DNA of 41,953 nt. It comes from Hydrurus foetidus. Its lineage: Eukaryota. Of the stretch, positions 20,908 through 32,737 are shown one piece after another (the first letter of the stretch is position 1; each line of letters opens with the position of its first letter). Position numbers and translations under genes: made by a program. The notes under the pieces were generated by a model. That model worked only from the letters and a program-made list of their open reading frames with translations. It searched no databases and had not been told where the DNA came from. Location: positions 62,001-103,953 of the forward strand of contig UYFQ01000012.1 in the NCBI GenBank assembly GCA_900617105.1. Direction: 5' to 3'.

Positions 20908-23900
20908 ATGAGCAAGCAAGGCGAGAAGGGCGCTGCCCAATCCAAATCTGAGAAGGCCGAAAAACCACGCCTGGAGATGGTGTGAGGCCAGAGAGTCTCC
21001 CTGAGATCACTCACAACGGGTGGAAAGAATGGGACGATAACATTCAGAGACTGAAAGAGTACATGAGAGTCAACTTTCAGGATCTCGAGTCGATCTGTCC
21101 CGACCCTATGATGCTGACCCTAAAACCGGCCTACGAGGTGTACCTATTTTCGGAACCAGACTTCACTGCATTGGAGGCGTTGGACGAAATCACTGATCCA
21201 AAAGGATTTCGAGCCAAGTTAATAATGGCAGACCTGAATAACGACAGAGCGGTCGTGACAAAGATGAGGAGAAAGCAAATGGAGGACCGTAGATCAGCTT
21301 ATCGACTGATTCGATCGATGTGTTCACCATCACTCAATGCAATTCTGGTAGTGGAGGCAAACTTCATCGCTGTCAAATTTGACGACCCACTTGGACTACT
21401 TGATGTAATCAAGTCAGTAGTCACATCAAGATGTGATGGGAATCAGGAATTAGAGCGGTCCCAGGCCCTACGGGATTGGTATACACTCACCATGAGTACG
21501 GGCGAAGACATCGTAACGTACGGACGTCGTGCGGTGAAGCTTTTGATCGACTCGCTGCAACAGGAGTTCCAGCAGCACAAATTCCAGATGCAAAACAACA
21601 ATCTATGAGGTTCATTGATGGTCTGAGTAGTACCGTGCAGGTCTACCACGACTACAAAAACTACCTCAGTAATTCCCTGGAGTGCACCGCAATTGACATC
21701 TATCCGAAGACTCTGGTGGAGGCAATTAATGGAGCAACTAGATTCCATCGTGGGACAAAGGGTAGCGCATTGCAATCAGCGATAGTGACCCCCATACGGC
21801 ACTTGCAGCGAAGAACCCCGTCAAACCGGGTGGGTCCCCAAAGGGAGAGAAATCACCCGTCAAAGAAAAAGCCAAGAAAATTAACCCAGCGAAAATCAAG
21901 GAACCTAAAGTCACGTTTGCTAAAGATGTGAAGGAGGGTAAATTCAGTGGAACGTGTTACCACTGTGGAAAGGCTGGGCATCGTGCTAGTGAGTGCAGAA
22001 AGAAGGCCGCTGGAGAGCCCCCTTCAGCCCCACAAATATCATATTTGGCCAGGAGACAAACTGACGGAGTTGACTCCAGTGCTTCAGATGATGTCTACAC
22101 TGCTTTTGGCCAAATGTGGGATCAAGAGGATGACAAGAATCAATATGGCGAAAGGAACTGTAGTGTGTGCTACACCACCTCACCGGTGAAACTCGCAACC
22201 CTCGGTCCTCGGACCGATTTTTCCGCCAACCGTAACATCAATCAACGAAGTACATCGGAGGCCATCTTCGACACAGGAGCTACAGGCACCATCATCACAT
22301 GTGCAGATGTGCTGAGTAACATTGTGACATGCACTCCAACTGTATTCAATGGCTTGCATGGTTCTCTCACTGTAACTAAAACAGCAAACCTTCGCGACAT
22401 TGGCATCGTTCACTTCGACCCACGTGCTGGACTCTCCATCATCTCGGCATCGGATTGTCTGCTGCAAGGACACAACTGGGAGTTTCGCCAGGGTTCTACA
22501 ATAGATCAAGATGCATTTTTGCTTCATACTGATCAGAATACCTACAAATTTCAACATCGTGGAGGGCTATATGTCAACGATTTGGCAACGCCTCCAGAGC
22601 CGAGATATTCTGACGCCGCAGAGCGCAGAACTGCATATGCTCACTCCGTGGTGATAGAAACATCATCTATGAACATATTATACTCTACAAAACTTGCCAC
22701 AACGGAAGCCAACGAAGCCAAATTCTCGAAACGCGAAGTTCAGAGAAGCATCGATGCACGCCGTTTGCAAGCGAGTTTGGGATTCCCACCAGATCAGAAA
22801 TTCATTTCCGCGTTGAGAGCTGGGACATTTCTAAACTGCGACATCTTACCTGAAGATGTCACGCGTGCCACAGAAATTTGGGGAGCAAACGCTGCTGCAC
22901 TCAAAGGACGCACTACCAGGCTGAGGCCTATGACGCCACCTCAACTACCTACGACGGCCCGTCACTTCGACGACCAACACATGCATTGCGATATCATGTT
23001 TGTAAATCGACAGCCCTACTTAGTATCGATTACTCACCCATTGGGAATCGTTTTGGTAGCATGCACTGAAAACCTCACGACACCGGTACTCAGGCAGAGT
23101 ATCAGGCGCATGTTCGGTACCATCGGGTCCCGACGCATTTCCATCGTGAAATTTACAAGTGATAATGAACGTGGCATTGCGGCACTAGTCAATGACATGA
23201 ATGCCATGGGAGTAGAGGTGATTGCCGTTGGTCCAGGGCAACACGATCATGTTATTGAAAGAATGATCAGGCACTTAAAGGAGACCATCCGGTGTACCAT
23301 CTTCAGTCTACCATACTTGCTACCGGATATACTCATGCCTCACCTTGTGATGAGCTCGGCGAAGAAGCTTTTGCTCTTTCCCTCATCAACAAGAACAGAT
23401 AGGATTTCTCCTTTCGAAGCATTCTTCGGCAGAAAGGCTGACACGAAAAAGATATCGGACCTCCATTCGGCTCATACTGCCAAGTCACCGGCAGGGTGCT
23501 TAGCAACAGCATGGATCCACGAACCATTGGATGCCTATACCTAGAGCCAAAGATGAATGGAACAGGTACTCATACCTTCATGCGCATTGACACAAGGAGT
23601 GTCATATCAGCCAACCACTACGTGGTGTTACCGATACCTCCGCTCGTCATTACCACTGTAAACGGGTGGGCATCGAAGAATAAAATACACACATCAAAAG
23701 AACCAACATTCACATTCCATGATAGAGACATCACTGGAGATGCAGTTGATGATGTGGTCATAATGGATACACCTTCAGATGAGGAGCCTACTATCCAGTT
23801 CCGACACACACCTCCAATTTTACCGGTGTTCCCGGATGAGACCGACACGCTTGATACCGTGATGGAACCTCAAATTACTCAAGACCAAATTGCGATTCGG

Positions 23901-25813
23901 GGTGAAATGGAATCAGCGGTCGACACAAACCATACCATCCCAGCTTCTGACGAAGTATCCGGACCAGAAACTACATTTGAAGCAGTACCGGAGGAGCAAC
24001 CAGCGGCACCACCTACTACCACTGTGCGTACGTACGTACCCAGTGCACCTGTTGAAATGCGCCAGAAATCAACGAGAACCAGAAAGCCACCAGACCGACT
24101 CAACTTAGTAGCCGACAAACTACCTATTCCAACGCAGAAAGAAGGAATTAGGGGTGAGTGGTCATTTATGACGGTTACTCGGGCACTGAAACTTTTTCCG
24201 GACAAGGCTACTGCAGCAATTGAGTCAGAGGTCAAATCACTACTTGCAAAGGGGACATTTTCGGGGTGCACATGGAACAACTGTCGCCTACACAGAAGCA
24301 GAAGATACTGCGTTCAAACATGAATGTTGTGGAGAAATACCTTCCAACGGTAAACTCTGATGGTGATCGCCAAATCGACAAGGTCAAGGCGCGGTTCTGT
24401 GTGGACGGGCGTGCTCAAGTTAGAGAGGACTATGCACCAGATGAAGTTGAATCACCAACAGCGAGCATAGCTGCCATCTTTACAGTTGCACAGATTGCTG
24501 CTGTAGAAAACCGTTTCGTCATGGTCGGGGACGTTGGGTCCGCATACCTCAACGCTGATATGCCGATGGAAAAACCGGATAAAATACTCCATATGTATAT
24601 TGATAAGAATGTGGCCGACGCAATCATCAAACAAGACATCTCTTTCTTACGTTACAGAAGACACAATGGAGGCCTAGTAGTGAGACTAGACAAAGCACTT
24701 TACGGGTGTATCGAGTCCGCCAAACTCTGGTATAACGAAATAGCCGGAACTTTACGGTCCAATGGTTTCACGGCTAACCCGCGCGATATTTGTGTCTTTA
24801 ATAAGGACGTCAAAGGCAACCAATTCACGATCCTAGTCTACGTAGATGACTTAAAGATGACGTGTGTGGACAAGAAAGCGGTTCTTGACATGGAGCAAAT
24901 TTTGCTGAGAACGTACGGTCAATTTCGTACCACTCAAGAGCGAGTTCTACCGTACCTAGGATGCATGTGGGATTACAATGAGCCAGGATTTGTGAACGTC
25001 ACGCAGATTGGAATGATTCAAGATCTGATCTCATCAAGGGAAAAGAGCCATGCTGAACGAGGTATGAAGCTCATCGGGAACCCATCATCACCGGGTGCCC
25101 CACACCTATTTGAGCGGACCTTGGACTGCGAATTCCTAAGTGAGAAAGATGCTAAAACCTTCCATACCGACGTTGCTACAGCACTCTACCTGGGGAACCG
25201 AACTCGCCCAGACATTGTATTAGTGTTGGGTGAACTTTGCAAACGTGTAAAGGCACCAACAATTGAAGACGACAAGAAACTCGATAGGCTCATATGCTAT
25301 CTGAGGGCTACCCGAGACAAGCCATTACGACTGGGGTGTACTTTGCCCCCGACAGTAACAGTATCCATTGATGCTGCATTTGCCAACCGTGATTTGATGA
25401 AATCAACCTCAGGAATGTGTGTCACATTAGGGGTGGGGAATTTCATTTCGAGTTCCAAGGTCCAGAAGCTAAATTCCAAGTCAAGTACAGAGTCTGAGAT
25501 CATTGCAGTATCTGACGGCATGAACATTCCGCTCTGGCTTGCAGGATTTATTGCTTACCAAGGACACGGCAAGATTCCAGTGAGGCTGGAACAAGACAAT
25601 CAATCATGCATCACGCTGCTTACAAAAGGTCGGTCTACCGCAGAAACCACCCGGTTCATTGAGGTGCGAAAATTCTGGATATCAGACTACATCCGCATCG
25701 GTGCTGTAAACATTGTCTACGTTCCAACCGAGGATATGACGTCTGATTACTTCACAAAACCATTGCAAGGAACAGTTTTTTCCAAGATGGTGAAGAAAAT
25801 TTTAGGAAATTAA
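20908..25813 (+). CDS. Copia Gag-Pol polyprotein, interrupted by five 1-nt frameshifts
   Basis: Zinc knuckle CYHCGKAGHRASEC; protease IFDTGAT; integrase HCDIMFV...SDNERG...IERMIRHLKE; RT KALYG, YVDD; RNase H IDAAFA, STESE, QDNQS, SDYFTKPL. Confidence 0.93.
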
Positions 25814-25977
25814 GTACTTCACATTATTGACTTACAGTTGAGCTATTTTTTCAAATTTTTATTAGCAACAAAACTTGTCTGATCACTATAGCTTACGATA
25901 GATACAAACATGATTTGTGTTACATTTTCACGAGGAAATACAAATGTACCGCCTGAATGCTTATGACATTAGGGGTG

Positions 25978-26368
25978 TGTTGGATATAGCATAGCTATCC
26001 CTACGGGGACGATCCCCTTGGGGGAAATCCCTTTGGGGTAATATCATCTAAGCCCAAGCGGAGGAGCGAGGGTAGCGTTTTCAGACTCAAGACCATCACT
26101 CGAACTGTACTGGAAGTTGCAACTGATGATGACTGTGAACAGTCAACTATAGCTAGTATAGCTAGCCATGAACTGCTTTGTTTTGACATGATGAGCACTT
26201 CTAATTAAAAGAGACTATATGGCTGTGAGCCATTATACCTACACTTGAGTGAGCTGTTGGAACGACTTGGTCGACTAGCTGAAAGCAAAGTGTGTTCTGA
26301 ACGAACCACTGCTATCAACCAGGTGCTCTGACTGGATCCAGGATCCAAAAGGCAGACTTATTCCAAGA
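25978..26368 (+). repeat. 3' LTR
   Basis: Copy of 20491-20881. Confidence 0.95.
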
Positions 26369-26480
26369 GTTTTTGGTCCAGGTGTGGAGATATGAGATGA
26401 AGGGTTGAAGAACTTTGTCGGCAGTTCACAAGGCAGCTTGCATCTACTTTTATCTGCCGTCTCCGTGTTCCCGTGAAACG

Positions 26481-28126
26481 ATGATTGAGAATGATGTTGA
26501 CGACGAAATGAATGACGATGAGGAGATACCAACTTTGACTGCTCTGCCTGAGAAAGACAGAAAAGTGCCCGTCACAATTCTCACTGGATTTCTTGGTTCC
26601 GGAAAGACAACACTTCTAAATTACATACTGTCCGCTAATCATGGAAAGAGAATAGCAGTAATCGAGAATGAATTCAGCGGAGGGCTCGGTATCGAAGGGA
26701 TGATAGCAAAGAGCGGACTAGATGGAGGCAACCTTGAGGGATTTTTTGAACTCAACAACGGATGCATCTGTTGTACTGTTAAGGAGGATCTACTAACAAC
26801 ATTGGAGCAGCTTGTCATTCACAAGGATCGCTTCGACTACATCATTATTGAGACAACGGGGGTGGCTAACCCTGGTCCAGTCATCACTACTTTTTGGTCC
26901 GACGATGCCTTAGAAAGCTCACTAAAACTTGATGGTGTCGTCTGTATAGTTGACAGCGTCAATTTTCTATCATACTTAGACAATTCGGACATAAGCAATG
27001 ATGTCCGAATGCAGATTTGTTACGCTGGTATGGAGATTCAACATCATATTATGCGTGGCTTTCTTTGAAACTATTAATAACCAATTGCATTTAATATATC
27101 CCACTTTGCATCTCCTGCTCCCAGATAAAATTTTGCTGAACAAATCGGACTTAATGGCTTCCGAAAAGGTAGAGCTCCGTCGATATTAATACAAACTACT
27201 CACCGCCGCGCGTCTAAATAAGAATCTTTTTAGTACTGTTTCATAACTGAGTTGCTCTTCAACATTACACTCACTTACAGATGGATGCAGTTGAAGAAGC
27301 TGTGAAAAGCATCAACAGATTGGCATCTCTAGAGCGTACTGCATTCTCGAAAGTCAGCACAGATTGGGTGCTAGACATTAATTGCTACGACACCAATATT
27401 CCAGATTCAACATTAGAATCCGACATGAAGCAAGGTCTGGTGACAGGCAAACTATGCGTGCCCTGCGACAATCCAGTAGCCAGTGTTGTTGATAGTATCA
27501 AGGCGAGAAATACAGCAGCAGTTTTGAATGTGAAGAATCTATCCAAAATAGGAATGCAAGGATCGAATCAGAAGCACAGTGCTTCCCTTCTGTCTACATG
27601 CAGTCTAAGTTTCCCAGGATATCTTGATCCAAATAAACTCTCAAGCTTCCTGGATGATCTGTTATTTGGTAATGGTGCCCGTGTGGGTGGCGGATATCGT
27701 CAGCCTAATCTAACCCATGTGAACGTTCTGGAAGATATGACGTCATCATCAACAGCCCATAAAAGAAGTAAACCCTCTGATGGGGATATGTTTATTTTCT
27801 CATCTGCTCCCAAACCTGCAGTAGATGAAACAGAAAATGATGGAATTGTAGCCAAGATCTCACCACGTAGTACTCATAGTGCCGTTCAGGACGATATGAT
27901 GGTTTACCGGATAAAGGGAATTCTTCACGTTCACGGCCAGGAACAGCTACAGATTTTACAGGGTGTTTTTGACGTATTTGAAGTCAAACAATCGAGTTTT
28001 TGTATTGGGGGGGAAGGGGATGCTTCGAAGGGACTGAGTAGAGTGGTGGTGATAGGAAGGAATATTGACAGGGATGAAATAGAGGAGGGCTTTCTATCTT
28101 GTCTGACTGGAATGGACCTGACTTGA
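26481..28126 (+). CDS. CobW/COG0523 (ZNG1/CBWD-like) G3E GTPase metallochaperone, 3 exons
   Basis: Exons 26481-27027, 27125-27168 and 27281-28126. Motifs [26 protein letters not shown] and CobW_C YRIKG...QGV...VVIGRN. Confidence 0.93.
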
Positions 28127-28174
28127 TTTGACTTCATTTTAATTTATCTAACTTTTGAAGGCATGTTTTCCTTC

Positions 28175-28948
28175 ACATAGAAATTAGCCTTTGAAGATTT
28201 AATGAGCTGAGTAAACTGCAGAACCCTTCGAGAATTTCTATTTTATTGTTCAGCTGACTCAGCAAATGATGGGATACTTCATTCTGACCGACAGACTTCC
28301 AAATAATCAGCGCCCCCGAGGAACGATAAAGCTATGTGATTAACTGTGAGCAGTATACGTTTTCGAATCATCGACAAGAACTAAGAACGCTGCACGATGT
28401 ACATGCAGCATTTATGGTGAAAGAGAAATTTAAACCTACCCGAAGAAAACGCGCCGGAACTTCATGATATATAGACCGATGATGCAGGGATATGTCCCTC
28501 CACGTTTTGTTAGTCGTGGTTAGTAAATTATATGGTAAAGCGGTCCTTATCACCACCGACACAACGCATTTGCATGCATCGTAACGATGTTTGAACTTTT
28601 TGTGCCTCAGACTTAAGCATTTAGGCACCCATATACGCTTCTTGTGAGAATGTCATTCTGCTATCAACTCAGAAAAGATAACTTGTAAAATATGCTGCAA
28701 TTTCTGCCAGCATCTCCTCAATCAATCTCTTACGTGTGGAGTACTTACCGTACCGACCTGTACGTGCTCAACTGTAAAATGCGAAACTTACCCAGAACCC
28801 CACAGAGATGATGGAGAAGACAGCACGAGGGCACAGAAACATTTGAATTAATTCCAACTGCTCTTATGGAGCGGAGCGTTTGATGTTCACTGCTACTTTC
28901 GAAGTCTTCAGCATCATGTGGTAGCGCGGAAAGATCGCGAAGTGACAT
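28175..28948 (-). CDS. Possible spliced hypothetical gene
   Basis: Three open stretches on the minus strand with GTAAG/GTAGG donors near 28790, 28748 and 28439. No recognisable homology and the exon structure is not resolved. Confidence 0.2.
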
Positions 28949-29073
28949 CTTTAGTTTACACCGTAGCATCCATCTCGAAATATAGCAGCTTTACTGCTCA
29001 ACTTCCTTCAATCAATTGGTGAAGTCAAACTGTATCACTATTTTGTCGAACTTGTTGATAAAGGAGCAGAAGC

Positions 29074-32000
29074 ATGAGCAAACTCAAGTAAGTTGGATGA
29101 TGTTTTTTTCAACGAGATTTCGGACTCCTTGGAGTATATTATAATAGCAAAATTTGTGGTGGCTAGATTTAGGGTCGTTCATTCCAGTAGCGAGGATAGT
29201 GGTTATCCATCATCAGAACTGAATGCGCACAATCCGTCTACCAAAGGATGGCAATCGATGAAATTCTGCCCCTTTCCTCAGGAACTCGGTTTCCAGCTTG
29301 TAAATGGTGATTGCAAACTATCGCAAGTTCAGATTTTGAGTCACCAGTCGAAAATCGCCACGAAAGTTGAAATCTTCCTGGGATTGGGAAATGACTACCA
29401 CTCAGCGACATTCAAAAGACTTGGTTATCTCTCACTGGACAGTAATGAGAGATCGTCATATCAAGCGCGAGAGCTTAAGACGGTCTATATTGATCAAGCT
29501 GGACGCTTTATCAAACTCTTGGTTCACAAAAACTATGTTAATAAACAGAATATGTACTGTCAAGTTGGCATCGTAGCTGTGAATTTGCTTGGATCTGATG
29601 ACGACTACTCTCCTGGAAAATTACAATCACAAATTTCGGACGATTACAGAAGCAATCCTCCTCCTAGGAACATAGTTAATAATCCTTTGAATGATTTATC
29701 TGTTGACATGAACTTGGATCCGTCTACTGCGGAGAAACTTCGACTACTCTCCACAGCGAAGGTAGACAGTCGTCACTATTATCCTAGCAGAAGGATATAT
29801 ACTCCTTTTGAATCTTGGTTAAGCTCTCCTATTAACTGTTCTTACGTCTGATTTGTTCTGCTTGTTATTCCTAAGGCAAAAGCTGTCGCAACAGAAGACT
29901 ACATCACAGCCAAAAAAATCAAATTAGTTGAAGGAGAATTAAAAAGCTTGGGTTCTCAACTGGCAAAATTGGTACGAAAATATTGGAGATATTCGCTGCA
30001 GTATCAAAGTTATTGTCTTAGGATTCGGAACGTTCTTTTATTTCATATTCTGGAATATTCTTTGATGATAGGATATGGCAAAACGAGAAGCTGTAGCAGA
30101 TGAAGATTACGACAGGGCAAAAGAAATCAAAGATGAAGTCGATGCATTGCGCTCTGACATAGAGGAAAAGGTATGTATGTACTGACTATACGAAATGGCC
30201 ATTTCTCCTTTATATTAACTCTGATGGGAGATAGATGCAGCTTTTCTTAGTCTTTTTCTATTTGTATTGTATTTGCTGCTATTTCCGATTATTTTGTTTT
30301 GAGCTTCAGTACAATTCAATCTGAATATCCGAATGACCCTCCTTCATCTTCATCTTCTTCTTTTTTTCTATCTATTTTCAACATGATGACGTCACAGATC
30401 GTATCGATACACATACCGGGGGTAACGGATGCATCACCCTTTCTGCGATTACAGAGACCCAAGAACCAATTCTCTCCAGAATCCAGAAGAGCATCTAATG
30501 CGAGTGATTTCCATCGAAATTCAGAGAAAAATCACACGGATTCTAACTTAGAATTACGAACTATTCCGATGAATATAGATGACATGCCTGTAGGAAAGGG
30601 AATATGGGCTGGTAATGCTAACAATAGTCAACATAGCCGATTTGATGACAACAATAGTGTCGATTCAAAATTTGCATCCTCCGCAACAAACTCAAAGAAA
30701 AAAAGCACCCCCAGGGGGGGAGGGGGAGGACGGGGGGACTATGACGATGAGATCGGATCACCGGCCCCACACGGCCAAGACAGCGAAGTACCGTATAGTC
30801 GACAGGACGACAGAGACATGTCTAGGAACCAAGGGGGGCTGGCGAAAGCGAGGGCGCAGAGGCAGAAGAACTCGGAAGGATATGGGGAGGACTTTGGGTC
30901 AGGTGGTGACACACACACTAGGTGCGTACTAGAGGAACTGAGAATTCTTTATTTGGTGTGATCATATCTGTTTATCGCTTATCGTGTCGTATTGCATTTT
31001 CTATGACTACTTGATATTTGATGTGGATTATTCAGTTATGGACCGTGATACAGTGATGGTGCTCGCTCTGTTTCTCTTACTGCATATCTCGAGTGACGTC
31101 ATGTCGTTCGTCACCATTGCCTCCTCATCCCCTACTGTGTTGTTTGAACGCTTACCATGTAATATGCAAAACTCTCAAGCTTGTTTCCTCAATCTCATCC
31201 TCGACAGTATTGCACTCACAATTGATTGTAAAATGGAACTCAGATGTACTGTTGTTATCCTTATTTAAATCGGTTACCAAGTAAATGCCATGATTAGCGC
31301 AGTTAGCAATTTTATCCTACACTTTTATCCTCACTTTCGTCTTCTCCCTTACCGCTCTACCACACAATTTCTTTCCACTACATCTCTTATAATCCACGCC
31401 GAGACTCTTGAGTGATGATCCTTTTGACCATCTGTCTCTGCTCCGAGTTATCATCCCCCTCCTCTCGAAAGCCACCCTTTATTTCTTCCTCCACGTCTTT
31501 CTTCCTTGTCCCTCTTCCTCTCCTGATCTTTATCCCTTCATTTCTTCGAGTGCCGGATCTCTTCAGACGCTCGAGATGGGGAACACTTTCTGAAGGAACA
31601 CTTTTCTGTCCGAACTATCCGCTCCTGAGGCATTGAAGGGAAAGTCCAGGTACCGCTATTCCTCTTTGTCCATTCTCATTCTTACATCTTTGTTTGCAAT
31701 TGCCTCTATCTGCTCTGTCTTATTTGGTCATTTCTTCTCTTATTCTGTCTTTATTTCAACTCACACGTTTTTATATTTAGCTTGTTGAATATGTCCATTT
31801 TAGCAATGTATGCTCAGTTCACTGTTCTGTTGGCTAATACCGCCTTCACTGAATATCGCAATCTGAATCGTCAAAGCGAACACGACTTATTATTTGTTTA
31901 TCTCATTGTACCATAAAGCCGAAATGAACGTATTTAAATCTTTTTGCACACCGCACTTACGTGACTTCATTCCACGCTCATTGCACTCTATTCCGAACAC

Positions 32001-32702
32001 ACATGACCACTCGCAATCTCATTAACTAATACATACCGTGTCTACAGGGAGTTTTCAGAACAACACGGTATAACCCGGCTATTGGGCGAATACAGGGCCC
32101 GGTGTTTGTTCAGCAAGACTTGGGTGCTTCGAGATGCGGCGACTTTGAAGGTCCAACTGATGCTCAGCGATGAGTTCGAGAAGGAGGGCATCTCATCATG
32201 CCTACCCTCTCTAGCAGGTGAGGGGGCAAATCGGATGATCTTTAGTGTGGTGTAGTGCAATACGATTAAGCGTGTTTAAGTGGTATGTTGAGTGGTATGT
32301 ACATGGAGTGCAGGGGGATGGAACGAGACAAGATGCGGTATGTTATGTTATGTTATGTGCTATTGATATGATTTTGTTTTGTTATGTTATGTTGTGTGAC
32401 GAATACGTGTGTGGTGTCCGTTCCGTATCATGTAGCGCTGTGTGCTGTCGTGTCTTGTGGTGAAATACTTTTCATAGAAGTGCAATGTAAATTGCACAGA
32501 GGGGTCTCCTTCGATGCGATTGCGTGCTCTCACACCTATGATGTCGGATATCAATGTCCATTCTTTGGGTATCATTTGTGACATCCATTCCAGCCTATCT
32601 AATTTCTTTTACAAATGTCATCACCTTCTCCATCCGTCCCTTCTTCTGTCTTTTTCCCTACGTTCTTATCTTCTCTTATCTTCTCTTTCTTCCTTCCTAT
32701 TC

Positions 32703-32737
<35 letters not shown>

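Larger units (their letters stand above)
20491..26368 (+). mobile_element. Full-length Ty1/Copia LTR retrotransposon
   Basis: Two 391-bp LTRs identical by eye; 5-bp TSD GTTTT (20486-20490, 26369-26373); domain order gag-PR-IN-RT-RH; purine tract AGGGG before the 3' LTR. Confidence 0.97.

Noticed and set aside
21780..21930. Programmed gag/pol ribosomal frameshift
   Set aside because: The break lies upstream of the zinc knuckle and is one of five equivalent homopolymer deletions, better explained as sequence error or mutation
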